A DNA stretch of 42,696 nucleotides from a virus (Duplodnaviria; Caudoviricetes): IMG/VR virus record IMGVR_UViG_3300048564_000016, positions 1 to 42,696 of that record. The stretch is one strand, 5' to 3'. Positions 34,708 to 42,696 of this stretch are shown here, piece after piece (positions within the stretch are counted from its first letter, which is position 1; each line of letters begins with the position of its first letter). Below the pieces are notes generated by a model, which did not search any database, was not told the DNA's origin, and was given only the letters and a program-made list of their open reading frames with translations. The translations under genes were made by a program, and so were the position numbers.

Positions 34708-35496
34708 TCATTGCAGCGTCGCTCCGGTGGGCTGGGCTTCGTCTATCGGCTCGTCGATCGATTCCACGATGAACCCGTTTTGATCGCGCACCGGGCGGCG
34801 CTTCATGCGCGGCATCGCCACGTTGATCTTGACCTGCGACAGCCCATCCTTGACCGCCTGCGCCACGATCATTGCGATGTCTCGATCCGGGTTCGCGGCC
34901 TTCGCCGCCTTTTCGTTCGAGGTGCGGATTTCTCGCTCGGCCTGTTGGTCAGCAGACTTGTCTGCCAGTTCCGCCTGCTTGCCGGCCTTCCATGCCTCTA
35001 GCTCGGCTTCCCACATGGCCTTGTCTCGCGCCAACTCGTGGTCCGCCTTGGCCTTGTCGCGCGCAAGAATCGCGTCGTTCTTCAGCTTCTGCTGTGCAAG
35101 GATCAGGTCGTTCTGAGCCTTCTGCTTGTCCGCCTCAAGCTGCGCGGCCATCTCCGCCATCTTGACCTTGGCCGGGTCTTGCGGTGCCGATTGAGCGGCC
35201 AGCGCCTCGATCTTCTTGGTGATTTCTTCGATGCCGGGAACGTCGAGCGTCTTGAGCAAGAGCGGACCGAGCACCGACGCGAACTGCGGATTGCCGCGCA
35301 TCGCCTCGGTTAGAGCCGCCGCAGTCTCTTCGCGCCGCGTCGTGAACGACGGACCGGCTTGGACGACGAGGTCGTACTTGCCCGCCGTGAGGTCGAACAC
35401 CTCGGGGGCCGGTGTCGCTTCCTGGCCCGGCGACACCGCGTCCATCTGATCTTGCGGGCCGGGCATCCCCGGAAGCGGCAGATTGGTCGCCATCAC
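34708..35496 (-). CDS. Portal protein, C-terminal part (crown/barrel)
   Basis: FDLTAGKYDLVVQAGPSFTTRREE corresponds to the P22-type portal segment; long coiled coil follows. Confidence 0.8.
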   Translation of the reverse strand: MMATNLPLPGMPGPQDQMDAVSPGQEATPAPEVFDLTAGKYDLVVQAGPSFTTRREETAAALTEAMRGNPQFASVLGPLLLKTLDVPGIEEITKKIEALAAQSAPQDPAKVKMAEMAAQLEADKQKAQNDLILAQQKLKNDAILARDKAKADHELARDKAMWEAELEAWKAGKQAELADKSADQQAEREIRTSNEKAAKAANPDRDIAMIVAQAVKDGLSQVKINVAMPRMKRRPVRDQNGFIVESIDEPIDEAQPTGATLQ

Positions 35497-37052
35497 ATGC
35501 CCCCGATCTGCGGCGGCATTTGCATCTGCGCTCCGGGGCCGGGCATCTGCGGAGGCGGCATCTGCATCTGTGCCGGCGGCCCCATCGGCTTAGGCCCGAT
35601 CTGCACCGTCTGCGCCTTGCCGTCCTCTCCGAGAATGCGAACCATCCGCTGCCCGCTGTACACCTTCGGGATGAGGTCCAGCATGATCACGCCGGCATGG
35701 CGGATCGCGCGGTTTAGGTTGTCCGCGAAATGGAACGTGGCAACGTCGCCCTCCCGCTGACGCGCCATGATCGCGCGGCCGGACGTTTCGTTGCTCTTCG
35801 CCCCGAGACTGGCGTTGTACATGCCGAGCGACGCTTTGATGTCGTCGTTCGCCAGCATCGCCTGGTTGAGCGCGCCCGCAGGGATTCCAGCAAAGGGCTG
35901 GCGCTGCGGCATTTCATCGCCCTTGTATTCGAGAAATGGATGATTCTCGCTGTTGGCAGTTGCCCACCGCTCGTCGATGTCGAACGCCCCTTCTTTCCCA
36001 ATGAATGGCGCCTTGGGGGCGAGCGCGATCAGTTCCGTGGCAGCCGACCGCCAGAAGTTGAAATTGCACTGGGCGTCCTTGGCGTCGCGGATCAGGCTCT
36101 TGAAGATGCGCTTGCCGTCAAGCACCACTTCCTCGCCATAGACCGGGATGATCGGGATGTAGCGGCCGGGCCACGGGTTGCGCTCAAGCACGTCCGCCCC
36201 GGTCATCAGCGTGTTGGTCACCTTCATCGAAGGCGCCATGCGCTCGGCAACGACCGTAATTCCCGCGATCTGCGCCACGGCCTGCTTGCTCGATCCGTCC
36301 TCGAACTTCCGAACGAAGTCCTCTTCGGCAATCACAGTCCCGTCGCTCAGTCGCAGAATCTTGCGCTGCACCTTTTCGCGCCGCCACCACAGCGCAACCA
36401 TGACCTCGTCGCCCTTGTGCCACGGGGCCTCAAGCAGCTTGTGATCGGCATCGTCCCAATTCACGCCGTCCGCGCCGGGGAAGCGTTTGGCGAACGTCGC
36501 CTTGTCGATGATCTCGGTCTGAAAGGCGTTGTTCCAGTCCGACGAGTCCGCCTCGGTGCTGTAGGGATCGCCGTAGATCGTCAGCGGATTGGCGACGCGC
36601 TTGAGCCGGATATCCTGGTCGAACGTGTCGTCGCAGGAATACTCGACCGTGACCGTTGCGTAGCCGAATCCCCCAGCGATGGCGTTGTCCGCCGCCGTGT
36701 CCCACACTGTATCAGCGTGGCTCTGCTGTTCGATGTTGCGGATCAACCCGGTGAAAACGTCCGCCGTCTTGATGTCGGCTCCGCTGTCGACCGGACGCAC
36801 CTTGATCGCGGGGCGATTCTGGCGGATGTCGTTCATCACCTGCCGCTGAAACTGCGGCAGCATGTTGATCGTCAGCGTCGGGCGGCCGGCGCGCTTCGCC
36901 GCCCAGTTCACGCCGCCGACCGTCCATTGATGTTCCCCACCGATGCGGGCGAACTCGACATCCTCGACGAACGCTGCGCGGTTGTCGGCTTCCGCCTCGC
37001 TGGCGAGTTTGAACGCCTCCAGGGCTTCGTCGAGAGTGTCGCGGTCAGCCAA
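35493..37052 (-). CDS. Portal protein, N-terminal part (P22 gp1-like)
   Basis: TTG start after GGGGG overlapping the terL stop; GRPTLTINML...RQNRPAIKVRP, WPGRYIPIIPVYG, SNETSGRAIMARQREGD. Confidence 0.88.
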   Translation of the reverse strand: MADRDTLDEALEAFKLASEAEADNRAAFVEDVEFARIGGEHQWTVGGVNWAAKRAGRPTLTINMLPQFQRQVMNDIRQNRPAIKVRPVDSGADIKTADVFTGLIRNIEQQSHADTVWDTAADNAIAGGFGYATVTVEYSCDDTFDQDIRLKRVANPLTIYGDPYSTEADSSDWNNAFQTEIIDKATFAKRFPGADGVNWDDADHKLLEAPWHKGDEVMVALWWRREKVQRKILRLSDGTVIAEEDFVRKFEDGSSKQAVAQIAGITVVAERMAPSMKVTNTLMTGADVLERNPWPGRYIPIIPVYGEEVVLDGKRIFKSLIRDAKDAQCNFNFWRSAATELIALAPKAPFIGKEGAFDIDERWATANSENHPFLEYKGDEMPQRQPFAGIPAGALNQAMLANDDIKASLGMYNASLGAKSNETSGRAIMARQREGDVATFHFADNLNRAIRHAGVIMLDLIPKVYSGQRMVRILGEDGKAQTVQIGPKPMGPPAQMQMPPPQMPGPGAQMQMPPQIGGM

Positions 37053-38325
37053 GCCAGGCCCCCTGCGTTGGCGCGCGGTCATGGCGCGGGCGTACCGCCC
37101 TCGGCACATCGCCCCCGGTCGCGCCCGTGCGGAACGCATCCGCGCCGTGGCTCGCCCAGTTGTGCATTGGCCGCGTGCGGAGAATCTTGTTTTTCTCGTC
37201 CCAATCGGCGCGGTACTGCCGCAACGCTTCGATGCCGCGCTTGCACTTCTCAGCGTCGAACCAACAGCGGGGCAAGAGCAGCCGCGCCGCGTTGATTCCG
37301 TCCATGATGTCTTGGGCCGGAACGACCTTGATGTTCCGCAGGCCAAGCGCTGCCAGCGTCTCGCGCCGCGTGCGGCCGGTGCCGAGTTCGTGCGCCTCGA
37401 CATCGTGCGGCAGGATATGGTCGCTATAGCGATAAGGCCGGGCGTCGAGTTGCTTGACGTAGTGCGGCAAAGCCTCGCCGCTGGCCTCGTGGTAGTCGAT
37501 CACGCGGAGTTCGCGTCCGACGTACTGCACAAACCAGATCGAGGTCGAATCGTCGTAACCCAAATCCCACCACGTCTGGACGCTGTGGCCGGGATCGTGC
37601 GGAACCTTGGTCAGCCGGCCCTCGCGCTCGGCCTCGTTCAATTCCTTGCCGAAGTAGGCACCGATGATCGCAGCCTCAAAGCTGCACTCGAACTCCTGGG
37701 CGTACTGTTCCGGCGTCATGTCCTTGCGGGCGGCTTCAAGTTCGCCCGTGCTGACAAGGCCGGTTTCAGACGCGCGGAGCATGAGCGACATCCAATCCGG
37801 GTCGGTTCGAGCCCGGTCGTAGATGTCATGAAACTGGTTGCGCCCCTTCGGCGTGCCGATGAACGTCGCCCAACCCTGCCGATCGGTCAGAAGCGGACGG
37901 ATCACCTCCCCCCAGATGGACGGCGCCATGTCGGCGTACTCGTCGAGCACGACGCCGTCGAGGTAGATACCCCGGAGCCGATCCTGATTGTCGGCGCCGT
38001 AGATGCGGATGCGCGCGCCGTTGATCAGGTCGACGCGAAGTTCGGTCTCGTTCGGCTCGGATGCAAGGAGCGGTTGGGCGTAGCGCTTGAGGTAGGTCCA
38101 AGCGACGTCCTTGGCCTGGTTGAACAGCGGGGCGATGTAGGCGAAGCGGCCTTCGGGACGCTGGCAGAGCGACGCGGCCTTGATCAGTTCGTTCACGCAG
38201 GCGACGGTCTTGCCGGCGCGGCGGTGCGCGACGATGCAGGCAAAGCGGGACTTCCGGTTGTGGAACGGAAGGAACTGGCGCCGGGGGGCGTACTCGATCG
38301 TCAGGCGTCTGGCGACGGCAGCCAC
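37045..38325 (-). CDS. terL: Terminase large subunit
   Basis: HRRAGKT Walker A, LRGIYLDGVVLDE Walker B, GTPKGRN, WDLGYDDST nuclease, SHGADAFR. Confidence 0.95.
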   Translation of the reverse strand: MAAVARRLTIEYAPRRQFLPFHNRKSRFACIVAHRRAGKTVACVNELIKAASLCQRPEGRFAYIAPLFNQAKDVAWTYLKRYAQPLLASEPNETELRVDLINGARIRIYGADNQDRLRGIYLDGVVLDEYADMAPSIWGEVIRPLLTDRQGWATFIGTPKGRNQFHDIYDRARTDPDWMSLMLRASETGLVSTGELEAARKDMTPEQYAQEFECSFEAAIIGAYFGKELNEAEREGRLTKVPHDPGHSVQTWWDLGYDDSTSIWFVQYVGRELRVIDYHEASGEALPHYVKQLDARPYRYSDHILPHDVEAHELGTGRTRRETLAALGLRNIKVVPAQDIMDGINAARLLLPRCWFDAEKCKRGIEALRQYRADWDEKNKILRTRPMHNWASHGADAFRTGATGGDVPRAVRPRHDRAPTQGAWLG

Positions 38326-38543
38326 GAGATCACCACGGGTCCGCCGCCCTCGCCGGTCAGTTCGACCGATGCCAGATCGGGAAGCGATTTCTTGAGAACG
38401 CCAAGCGCAGCCGTGACTTGGCTGCTGTCCATCAACGGCTTGTCGCTAAAAGCGTGGGCCGTAAGACGGTTTATGAGCTGACTGGTTTTGATGCGCCGGC
38501 GTGTTTCGTCGTCGTGTCGGCGCTTCCGCGAGCGGGCGGCCAT
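38301..38543 (-). CDS. terS: Terminase small subunit
   Basis: RRRIKTSQLINRL...LLKK-type LKKSLPDL..VELTGEGGGPV; directly upstream of terL. Confidence 0.75.
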   Translation of the reverse strand: MAARSRKRRHDDETRRRIKTSQLINRLTAHAFSDKPLMDSSQVTAALGVLKKSLPDLASVELTGEGGGPVVISWLPSPDA

Positions 38544-38553
38544 GCTGCGGTGA

Positions 38554-38598
38554 TCAGCAGCCGCGCTTGCCGGGTCGCTTGGTGCTCTTCTTGGCCAT
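38554..38598 (-). CDS. 14-aa basic micropeptide MAKKSTKRPGKRGC
   Basis: GGAG RBS within a hairpin; lies between the late promoter and terS. Confidence 0.4.
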   Translation of the reverse strand: MAKKSTKRPGKRGC

Positions 38599-38637
38599 AT
38601 CGACGTCTCCCGACGTGGATGTTGCAGGTGATTTGGA

Positions 38638-38667
38638 CGCTAAGTGTGGTTTTTTCGATGTCAAGCG
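38638..38667 (-). promoter_or_regulatory. Late promoter 1
   Basis: CGCTTGACA-N12-CACTTAGCG upstream of the terminase genes. Confidence 0.6.
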
Positions 38668-38759
38668 AAAACGCGCGTCGGTGAGAAAGTCGCCGAGCGG
38701 TGCAGCGGGAACCGTCGTGCGCGGCGACCGCAACGCCATCAAGAGCATTCGGAAACGGT

Positions 38760-39155
38760 TCAGCACCACGGTTCGCGGCGCCCTCGCCATTGCCGGGCGA
38801 GTCCCCTGGCGATGAGTTCGTGCCCGATGTCGGCGCCGTCCGATGTGTGCGCGAATGCCAGCGTGCGGCGGTAGCGGTCCAAGCCGGTGCGGGTCAGGGC
38901 CACGCCGTTGACGGTCAGGCGGTGCAGCCAGCGCTGGGCTTGTGTGCCGATGTCGCATTCGCGAGCGCAGCGGCAGGGGTGGATTTCGGGGGCGTCGATG
39001 CCCTGAAGGCGGATGACCTCGCCGGATGCGAGCATAAGCGTATCGCCGTCAACGGCCCGCTGGACGCGCTCCAGCGGTTGGGCGGGCGCGGGAGCGGTCA
39101 GAAGCGCCAGGGCGCATCCAAGGGCCGCTGTGAGGCTACGATTGCCCATTCGCAT
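38760..39155 (-). CDS. Thermonuclease (SNase family) with signal peptide
   Basis: AVDGDTL...IRLQGIDAPE...DRYRRTLA...LIARGLA; Sec-type signal ending APA. Confidence 0.88.
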   Translation of the reverse strand: MRMGNRSLTAALGCALALLTAPAPAQPLERVQRAVDGDTLMLASGEVIRLQGIDAPEIHPCRCARECDIGTQAQRWLHRLTVNGVALTRTGLDRYRRTLAFAHTSDGADIGHELIARGLARQWRGRREPWC

Positions 39156-39312
39156 CCCGCGCTTTGAGTGTCTTAACTTGACGTTCGAGTTCTACGATAC
39201 GTATTGCCAATAGAGAAATAGCGTCCGCAAAACTCAGCCGCCCAAAATCCCCACCCCATGACACCTCTTTCAGCGCCTTCATGCGTTGAAATTTCAGAGA
39301 TTCGTCAGTCAT
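39136..39312 (-). CDS. Hypothetical protein
   Basis: ATGA coupling; C-terminal coiled coil. Confidence 0.5.
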   Translation of the reverse strand: MTDESLKFQRMKALKEVSWGGDFGRLSFADAISLLAIRIVELERQVKTLKARDANGQS

Positions 39313-39668
39313 TTCGGCTCGCTTGGATGGTTGAGGGCGGCGTCGATCATGGCGCGCCAAATGTTGAGCACGCCGTTATATCCAAACGGGCGGCCACCAT
39401 TGCACCATGCCGCACACTCTCCGGCGTTTAGCATGTCAGCCGTCAATCTCGACTGCTTCCACTCCCGGTCCATGTTTGAGATATCCTCGAACACGGGCAC
39501 CGCATCACCGCGCATGGCCTCGATTGCGGCGCGCATTGCCCGCATCCACGCTTCCCGCGTAGCTGGCCCCATGCGCTCCCACTCGGCGGCCATTGTCGCG
39601 TTGTCACGGGGAACGTTGTTCCAGCCGCACAAGGCAGCGCGACCAGCACGCTCGATCATGTCGGTCAT
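39309..39668 (-). CDS. Hypothetical phage protein (MIERAxRA...WRAMIDAAL motif)
   Basis: Common phage motif. Confidence 0.7.
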   Translation of the reverse strand: MTDMIERAGRAALCGWNNVPRDNATMAAEWERMGPATREAWMRAMRAAIEAMRGDAVPVFEDISNMDREWKQSRLTADMLNAGECAAWCNGGRPFGYNGVLNIWRAMIDAALNHPSEPK

Positions 39669-39910
39669 GCGTGCGGCCCCTCAAGCTCCCAGTGGCGGGC
39701 GTAGTCGTCGGGAGGGATGTTGAGCGTCAGTCGCTCGCCAATTTTCACGCCGCCTCGGTATACGTAAACCGCAAGCACTGAATATTCGGGTTTGGGCATG
39801 ACAAATATGCGCGGCGGAATTTTTCCCAAGTCAATCATTCCGCCCCCGGAATCCTTCGCAGGATGGGCCGTGGTGCGTTTGGGGGTGCGGTCCGCCGTTG
39901 GGGTGCTCAT
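39665..39910 (-). CDS. Hypothetical protein
   Basis: Coupled ORF. Confidence 0.5.
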   Translation of the reverse strand: MSTPTADRTPKRTTAHPAKDSGGGMIDLGKIPPRIFVMPKPEYSVLAVYVYRGGVKIGERLTLNIPPDDYARHWELEGPHA

Positions 39911-40263
39911 TCGGGCTTACCCCCACTCAGCGGCCCGCTGGCGGGCGTAGCGCGGCGGTTCCAGGCGGCGGCTGCATCGGCTTCGTCCGTGCCCCATGGG
40001 CCGTAGATTTGGCAGTTTTGGCAGCAGACACGGCGCATCCCGGTGCGCTCAAACAGTGGCGGCGCTACGCTCACTTCCACGTCTCCCCCGCACCACGGGC
40101 ACCCGTCCAGCTTCGGGCGCTCGGGGTACTTGGCGAGCAGCGCAAGCGCCTTCTCTTTCCAGATTGGCCCACCGTTGATCGATATGAAATCGCGCTCCGG
40201 CGCCATCCGCAGCACCGTCCGCAGCAGCCGGATCGCTTCGGCGAGGTCGGGGTTGTCGGTCAT
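39907..40263 (-). CDS. Lar-family restriction alleviation protein
   Basis: CPWCGG...CQNC...GP...AAAAWNRRA. Confidence 0.75.
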   Translation of the reverse strand: MTDNPDLAEAIRLLRTVLRMAPERDFISINGGPIWKEKALALLAKYPERPKLDGCPWCGGDVEVSVAPPLFERTGMRRVCCQNCQIYGPWGTDEADAAAAWNRRATPASGPLSGGKPE

Positions 40264-40481
40264 GGCAGGTCTTCTACCAACGCGCGGGCGCGGGCGCGGC
40301 CGGCGTCGGTCAGGCGGAAACTCGTGCTGCGAATATCCGCACAAGCCATCGCGTAGCCCAACGCCCGCAGCTCGTTCATCGTTGCCGGCATCCAGCGATA
40401 CGGCCGTCCAATCCGCTCCTGACGCAGCAGATCGCACAATCCTAATTCCTGCCGCTTGGTCAGCTTCGGCTCGTCGCTCAT
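40260..40481 (-). CDS. Small winged-helix-like protein
   Basis: LRALGYA...FRLTDAGR; ATGA coupling. Confidence 0.55.
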   Translation of the reverse strand: MSDEPKLTKRQELGLCDLLRQERIGRPYRWMPATMNELRALGYAMACADIRSTSFRLTDAGRARARALVEDLP

Positions 40482-40939
40482 CCCGTCGCTCCTTCCGCCG
40501 CCGACAGGGCGGCTGCCTCGGCCTTGCGCTGGCGCTCCCGCTCCATCCATTCAGCTCGCTCGCGCAGTTGCTCGGCAATGTCCGCCTGACGCTTGACGCG
40601 GTCCGCGTGGAACCGCTGGCGCTGGTCCCAAATCCCCCGCACCGGTTCGCGAAGCTCGGCAGGCTTGGGGAAAAACTTGTAGTGCGTGCGGGCGTGCTTC
40701 AGTGCCAGTTCGACCAGATCGGTCGGCAGATCGGCCAGCGCTTCGCGGTACCAGTCAGCCTGTGCCGCCGACCACGTATCCGGCGTTTTCCAAAGGCTCA
40801 GGGTGTCCGCGAGCTTGACCGCCAGAGCCTTCGCGTCGATCGGGTGCAGGTTGGCCGGCAACGTCGGCGAACGCGGCTGCAATCCCGGCTTTGAGCCGAT
40901 CCGAATCACTTGGCCGATGCCCGTTAGTTCGCTGGTCAT
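40478..40939 (-). CDS. Replication accessory protein (helicase loader/inhibitor-like, lambda P position)
   Basis: YREALADLPTDLVELAL....KFFPKPAELR; follows the initiator. Confidence 0.65.
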   Translation of the reverse strand: MTSELTGIGQVIRIGSKPGLQPRSPTLPANLHPIDAKALAVKLADTLSLWKTPDTWSAAQADWYREALADLPTDLVELALKHARTHYKFFPKPAELREPVRGIWDQRQRFHADRVKRQADIAEQLRERAEWMERERQRKAEAAALSAAEGATG

Positions 40940-41732
40940 AACCGCCTTCCATCAATTTCGTGAACTGCCTCTGGGTGACGATGAAATCGAAATCAGCCCG
41001 CCAATTGGGATGATCCTTGCCGTTCTGCCGGCCGAGCAAGAACGGGCTGCCACGGATTTTTGCCAGCGCCATCCGCCAGCCTTCAAGCCCGCCGGCCTCG
41101 GTCAATCGGGCCTTCAGGGCCTTGCGCCGAGCCGCGCTCCGGTTGTGAACCGCTGCCAGCCCGACCTGTTCGGCGAGCGCGTTCCATTCGTCGAAAGCCT
41201 CGTCGAGGGGGGGCGGCGCGTCAGCGCCGGCATCCACCCCTCCCTGGTCCCGGTCATGGTCATGGTCATGGTCCTGTTCCAGGACAGGTCCCGGAGTTTC
41301 GAAAGGCTTCGCCAAGCCTTCGAAAAGGCTTCCGAAGTCATTCGACAAGGCTTTCAGATGGCCGATGACTGCTCGCGTGCAGGCTTGGCGAATGCTTTCG
41401 GAACCGATTTCGTTCGCCGCTTTGGCGAGCGAGCGCACTTGGTTCGGGTTGGTCGGCGGGTCGTACTTCACCTGATTGATGATGCAGAGCCATTCCGACT
41501 GTCTGTCCCAGACAATGAAACCGGCCCGCTCCATTTCGAGCAAGCCTTGCTCAATGCGAGACTCTTTCCAGCGCAGGTCTGACACGATGTAGCCGATCGG
41601 GAGGCGCATCGCGCCGATAGCCGCCCGATGCGGGCCGCTGACGAGATAGACCGCCAGCAGCTTGGCGTCGTCGCTGAAGGCCCGCGACTTCGGATCGGTC
41701 CAGAACGTCTGATGCACTTTGCCGTAGCTCAC
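40755..41732 (-). CDS. Phage replication initiator (lambda O position)
   Basis: YGKVHQTFWTDPK...KLLAVYL N-domain, (DH)n linker, C-domain SPFLLG...WRADFDFIV...KLMEGGY. Confidence 0.8.
   Translation of the reverse strand: MSYGKVHQTFWTDPKSRAFSDDAKLLAVYLVSGPHRAAIGAMRLPIGYIVSDLRWKESRIEQGLLEMERAGFIVWDRQSEWLCIINQVKYDPPTNPNQVRSLAKAANEIGSESIRQACTRAVIGHLKALSNDFGSLFEGLAKPFETPGPVLEQDHDHDHDRDQGGVDAGADAPPPLDEAFDEWNALAEQVGLAAVHNRSAARRKALKARLTEAGGLEGWRMALAKIRGSPFLLGRQNGKDHPNWRADFDFIVTQRQFTKLMEGGYDQRTNGHRPSDSDRLKAGIAAAFADVAGQPAPDRREGSGGQARGHPEPLENAGYVVGGTG
41298..41351. repeat. Iteron-like array (putative replication origin)
   Basis: TTCGAAAGGC, TTCGCCAAGCC, TTCGAAAAGGC, TTCCGAAGTCA, TTCGACAAGGC at ~11-bp period inside the initiator gene. 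Confidence 0.6.
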
Positions 41733-42094
41733 GCGCGCCCCTCCGCACTCGAACGCAGCAACCTTTCAATGCCGGCCACGATTTTCGCGTAATCCGCGTT
41801 TCTCGCCCGCGTCGCGGCAGCCTTGCGGAATGCGTACATGACGGACGTATGGCAGGACCGCTTGAACAGCCGCGCGATGGCCGGCAACGTGAGGTCGGGG
41901 CGCATCCGAACGGTCAGGTACATCGCGGCATGACGGGGCTGGACAAGATGACTAGCCCGTCTTGGCGAGACGATCAGATCGACACTGACACCCCACGCAT
42001 GGGCGCAGGCCGCGATGATGTCGCGTACCGGCACCGCCGCGATCTGCGGCGAGATGTCGGATCGGCTCAACGCATCCAACCCGTCCATGTTCAT
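41729..42094 (-). CDS. DnaA C-terminal HTH domain protein
   Basis: IIAACAHAWGVS...RHAAMYL...LTLPAIARLFKRSCHTSVMYA. Confidence 0.85.
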   Translation of the reverse strand: MNMDGLDALSRSDISPQIAAVPVRDIIAACAHAWGVSVDLIVSPRRASHLVQPRHAAMYLTVRMRPDLTLPAIARLFKRSCHTSVMYAFRKAAATRARNADYAKIVAGIERLLRSSAEGRA

Positions 42095-42231
42095 CCGCGC
42101 ACCTTCGCCTTGAGAATCGCCGTGGTGCAGTCCCGCAGCGCGCGCCAGATGCGCGTCTTGTCCCCGCCCCGTGCGGAGCGGTGGAGGCGCTTCAAGCGGG
42201 CGTGATGACGGTAGAGCGTGCGGAGGGTCAC
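42091..42231 (-). CDS. 46-aa basic hypothetical protein
   Basis: GTGA and ATGA coupled to both neighbours. Confidence 0.5.
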   Translation of the reverse strand: MTLRTLYRHHARLKRLHRSARGGDKTRIWRALRDCTTAILKAKVRG

Positions 42232-42581
42232 GCTGCCAGCCTCCCCTTCAACGGAATGATCGTCGCCAGAAACCCCTGTACGTCCTCAAGACTGCGGCAC
42301 ACGTTGACCACAGCCCCGGCCATCGTCAGGGCCGAAAGCATGTCGGACTGCGTTGATTTGACGCGCCCGCCCTCGCTCTTGAGTTCGATGAAGATCACGC
42401 GACCGCGCCAGACGATGCAGAGATCGGGAATGCCCGGCTTCACGCCCATGCGCTTGAGCTTGGCCCCCACACGCACACTAGTCTGCCGCTGATTGGCGAT
42501 GTGAAACCACACCGCGCCAACGGGCAGCGACACGTCGAGGAAGCGCGCGACCGCGATCTGGAGGCGGTCCTCGGGGGTCAT
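42228..42581 (-). CDS. VRR-NUC domain nuclease (PD-(D/E)xK)
   Basis: EDRLQ...GVKPGIPDL...FIELKSEGGR...Q. Confidence 0.88.
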   Translation of the reverse strand: MTPEDRLQIAVARFLDVSLPVGAVWFHIANQRQTSVRVGAKLKRMGVKPGIPDLCIVWRGRVIFIELKSEGGRVKSTQSDMLSALTMAGAVVNVCRSLEDVQGFLATIIPLKGRLAA

Positions 42582-42696
42582 GATCTAAATAATCCCCGTG
42601 AGTGCCGCCGTGCCGTAAATCGTTGATGCGTGCGCGTCGCCTTCCCACCCGATCGGCATCCGAAAGCCGCTGGCATTGCGATGACCGCCGCCGCCG
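42570..42696. repeat. Terminal direct repeat, copy 2
   Basis: Exact copy of 1-127; a 127-nt length is typical of a k-mer overlap. Confidence 0.95.

Noticed and set aside
37053-37403. N-terminal extension of the portal ORF
   Set aside because: It overlaps the terL nuclease domain with Arg-rich shadow-like sequence; TTG at 37052 has an RBS.
17618-38481. Long plus-strand ORFs (17618-19006, 25371-26846, 29194-30489, 35730-37295, 36943-38481)
   Set aside because: These are antisense shadows of real high-GC minus-strand genes, with no motifs.
1-42696. tRNA genes, CRISPR arrays, reverse transcriptase/DGR, IS elements
   Set aside because: No cloverleaf with T-loop consensus, regularly spaced repeats, YxDD RT motif or transposase was seen by eye.

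Overview
The window is an apparently complete, circularly permuted ~42.57-kb genome of a high-GC tailed phage. Bases 1-127 are repeated exactly at 42570-42696, which looks like an assembler overlap. The host is most likely an alphaproteobacterium. The virion module is P22-like (podovirus) and the layout is lambdoid. A divergent switch at ~2.8-3.3 kb holds an HTH repressor, a Cro-like gene, five palindromic operators and an alphaproteobacterial SOS box. It drives (i) a plus-strand arm of small accessory and recombination genes (HNH, ERF, DUF968-like, J-domain, DUF551) ending in an orphan gene and a highly structured ~150-nt putative ncRNA, and (ii) a long minus-strand arm: LexA-like, CII-like, DHH phosphoesterase, VRR-NUC, DnaA-C, replication initiator with iterons, Lar, secreted thermonuclease, terminase, portal, head accessory genes, scaffold, capsid, tail, ejection proteins, fibre/adhesin and membrane/spanin genes. 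The most striking features are a translationally coupled methyltransferase plus two GT-A glycosyltransferases directly behind the capsid gene (candidate virion-glycosylation system), a portal gene split into two coupled ORFs, the structured RNA, and a repeated late-gene leader RNA motif. No recognisable integrase or endolysin was found. All family calls are from motif recognition by eye, not database searches.
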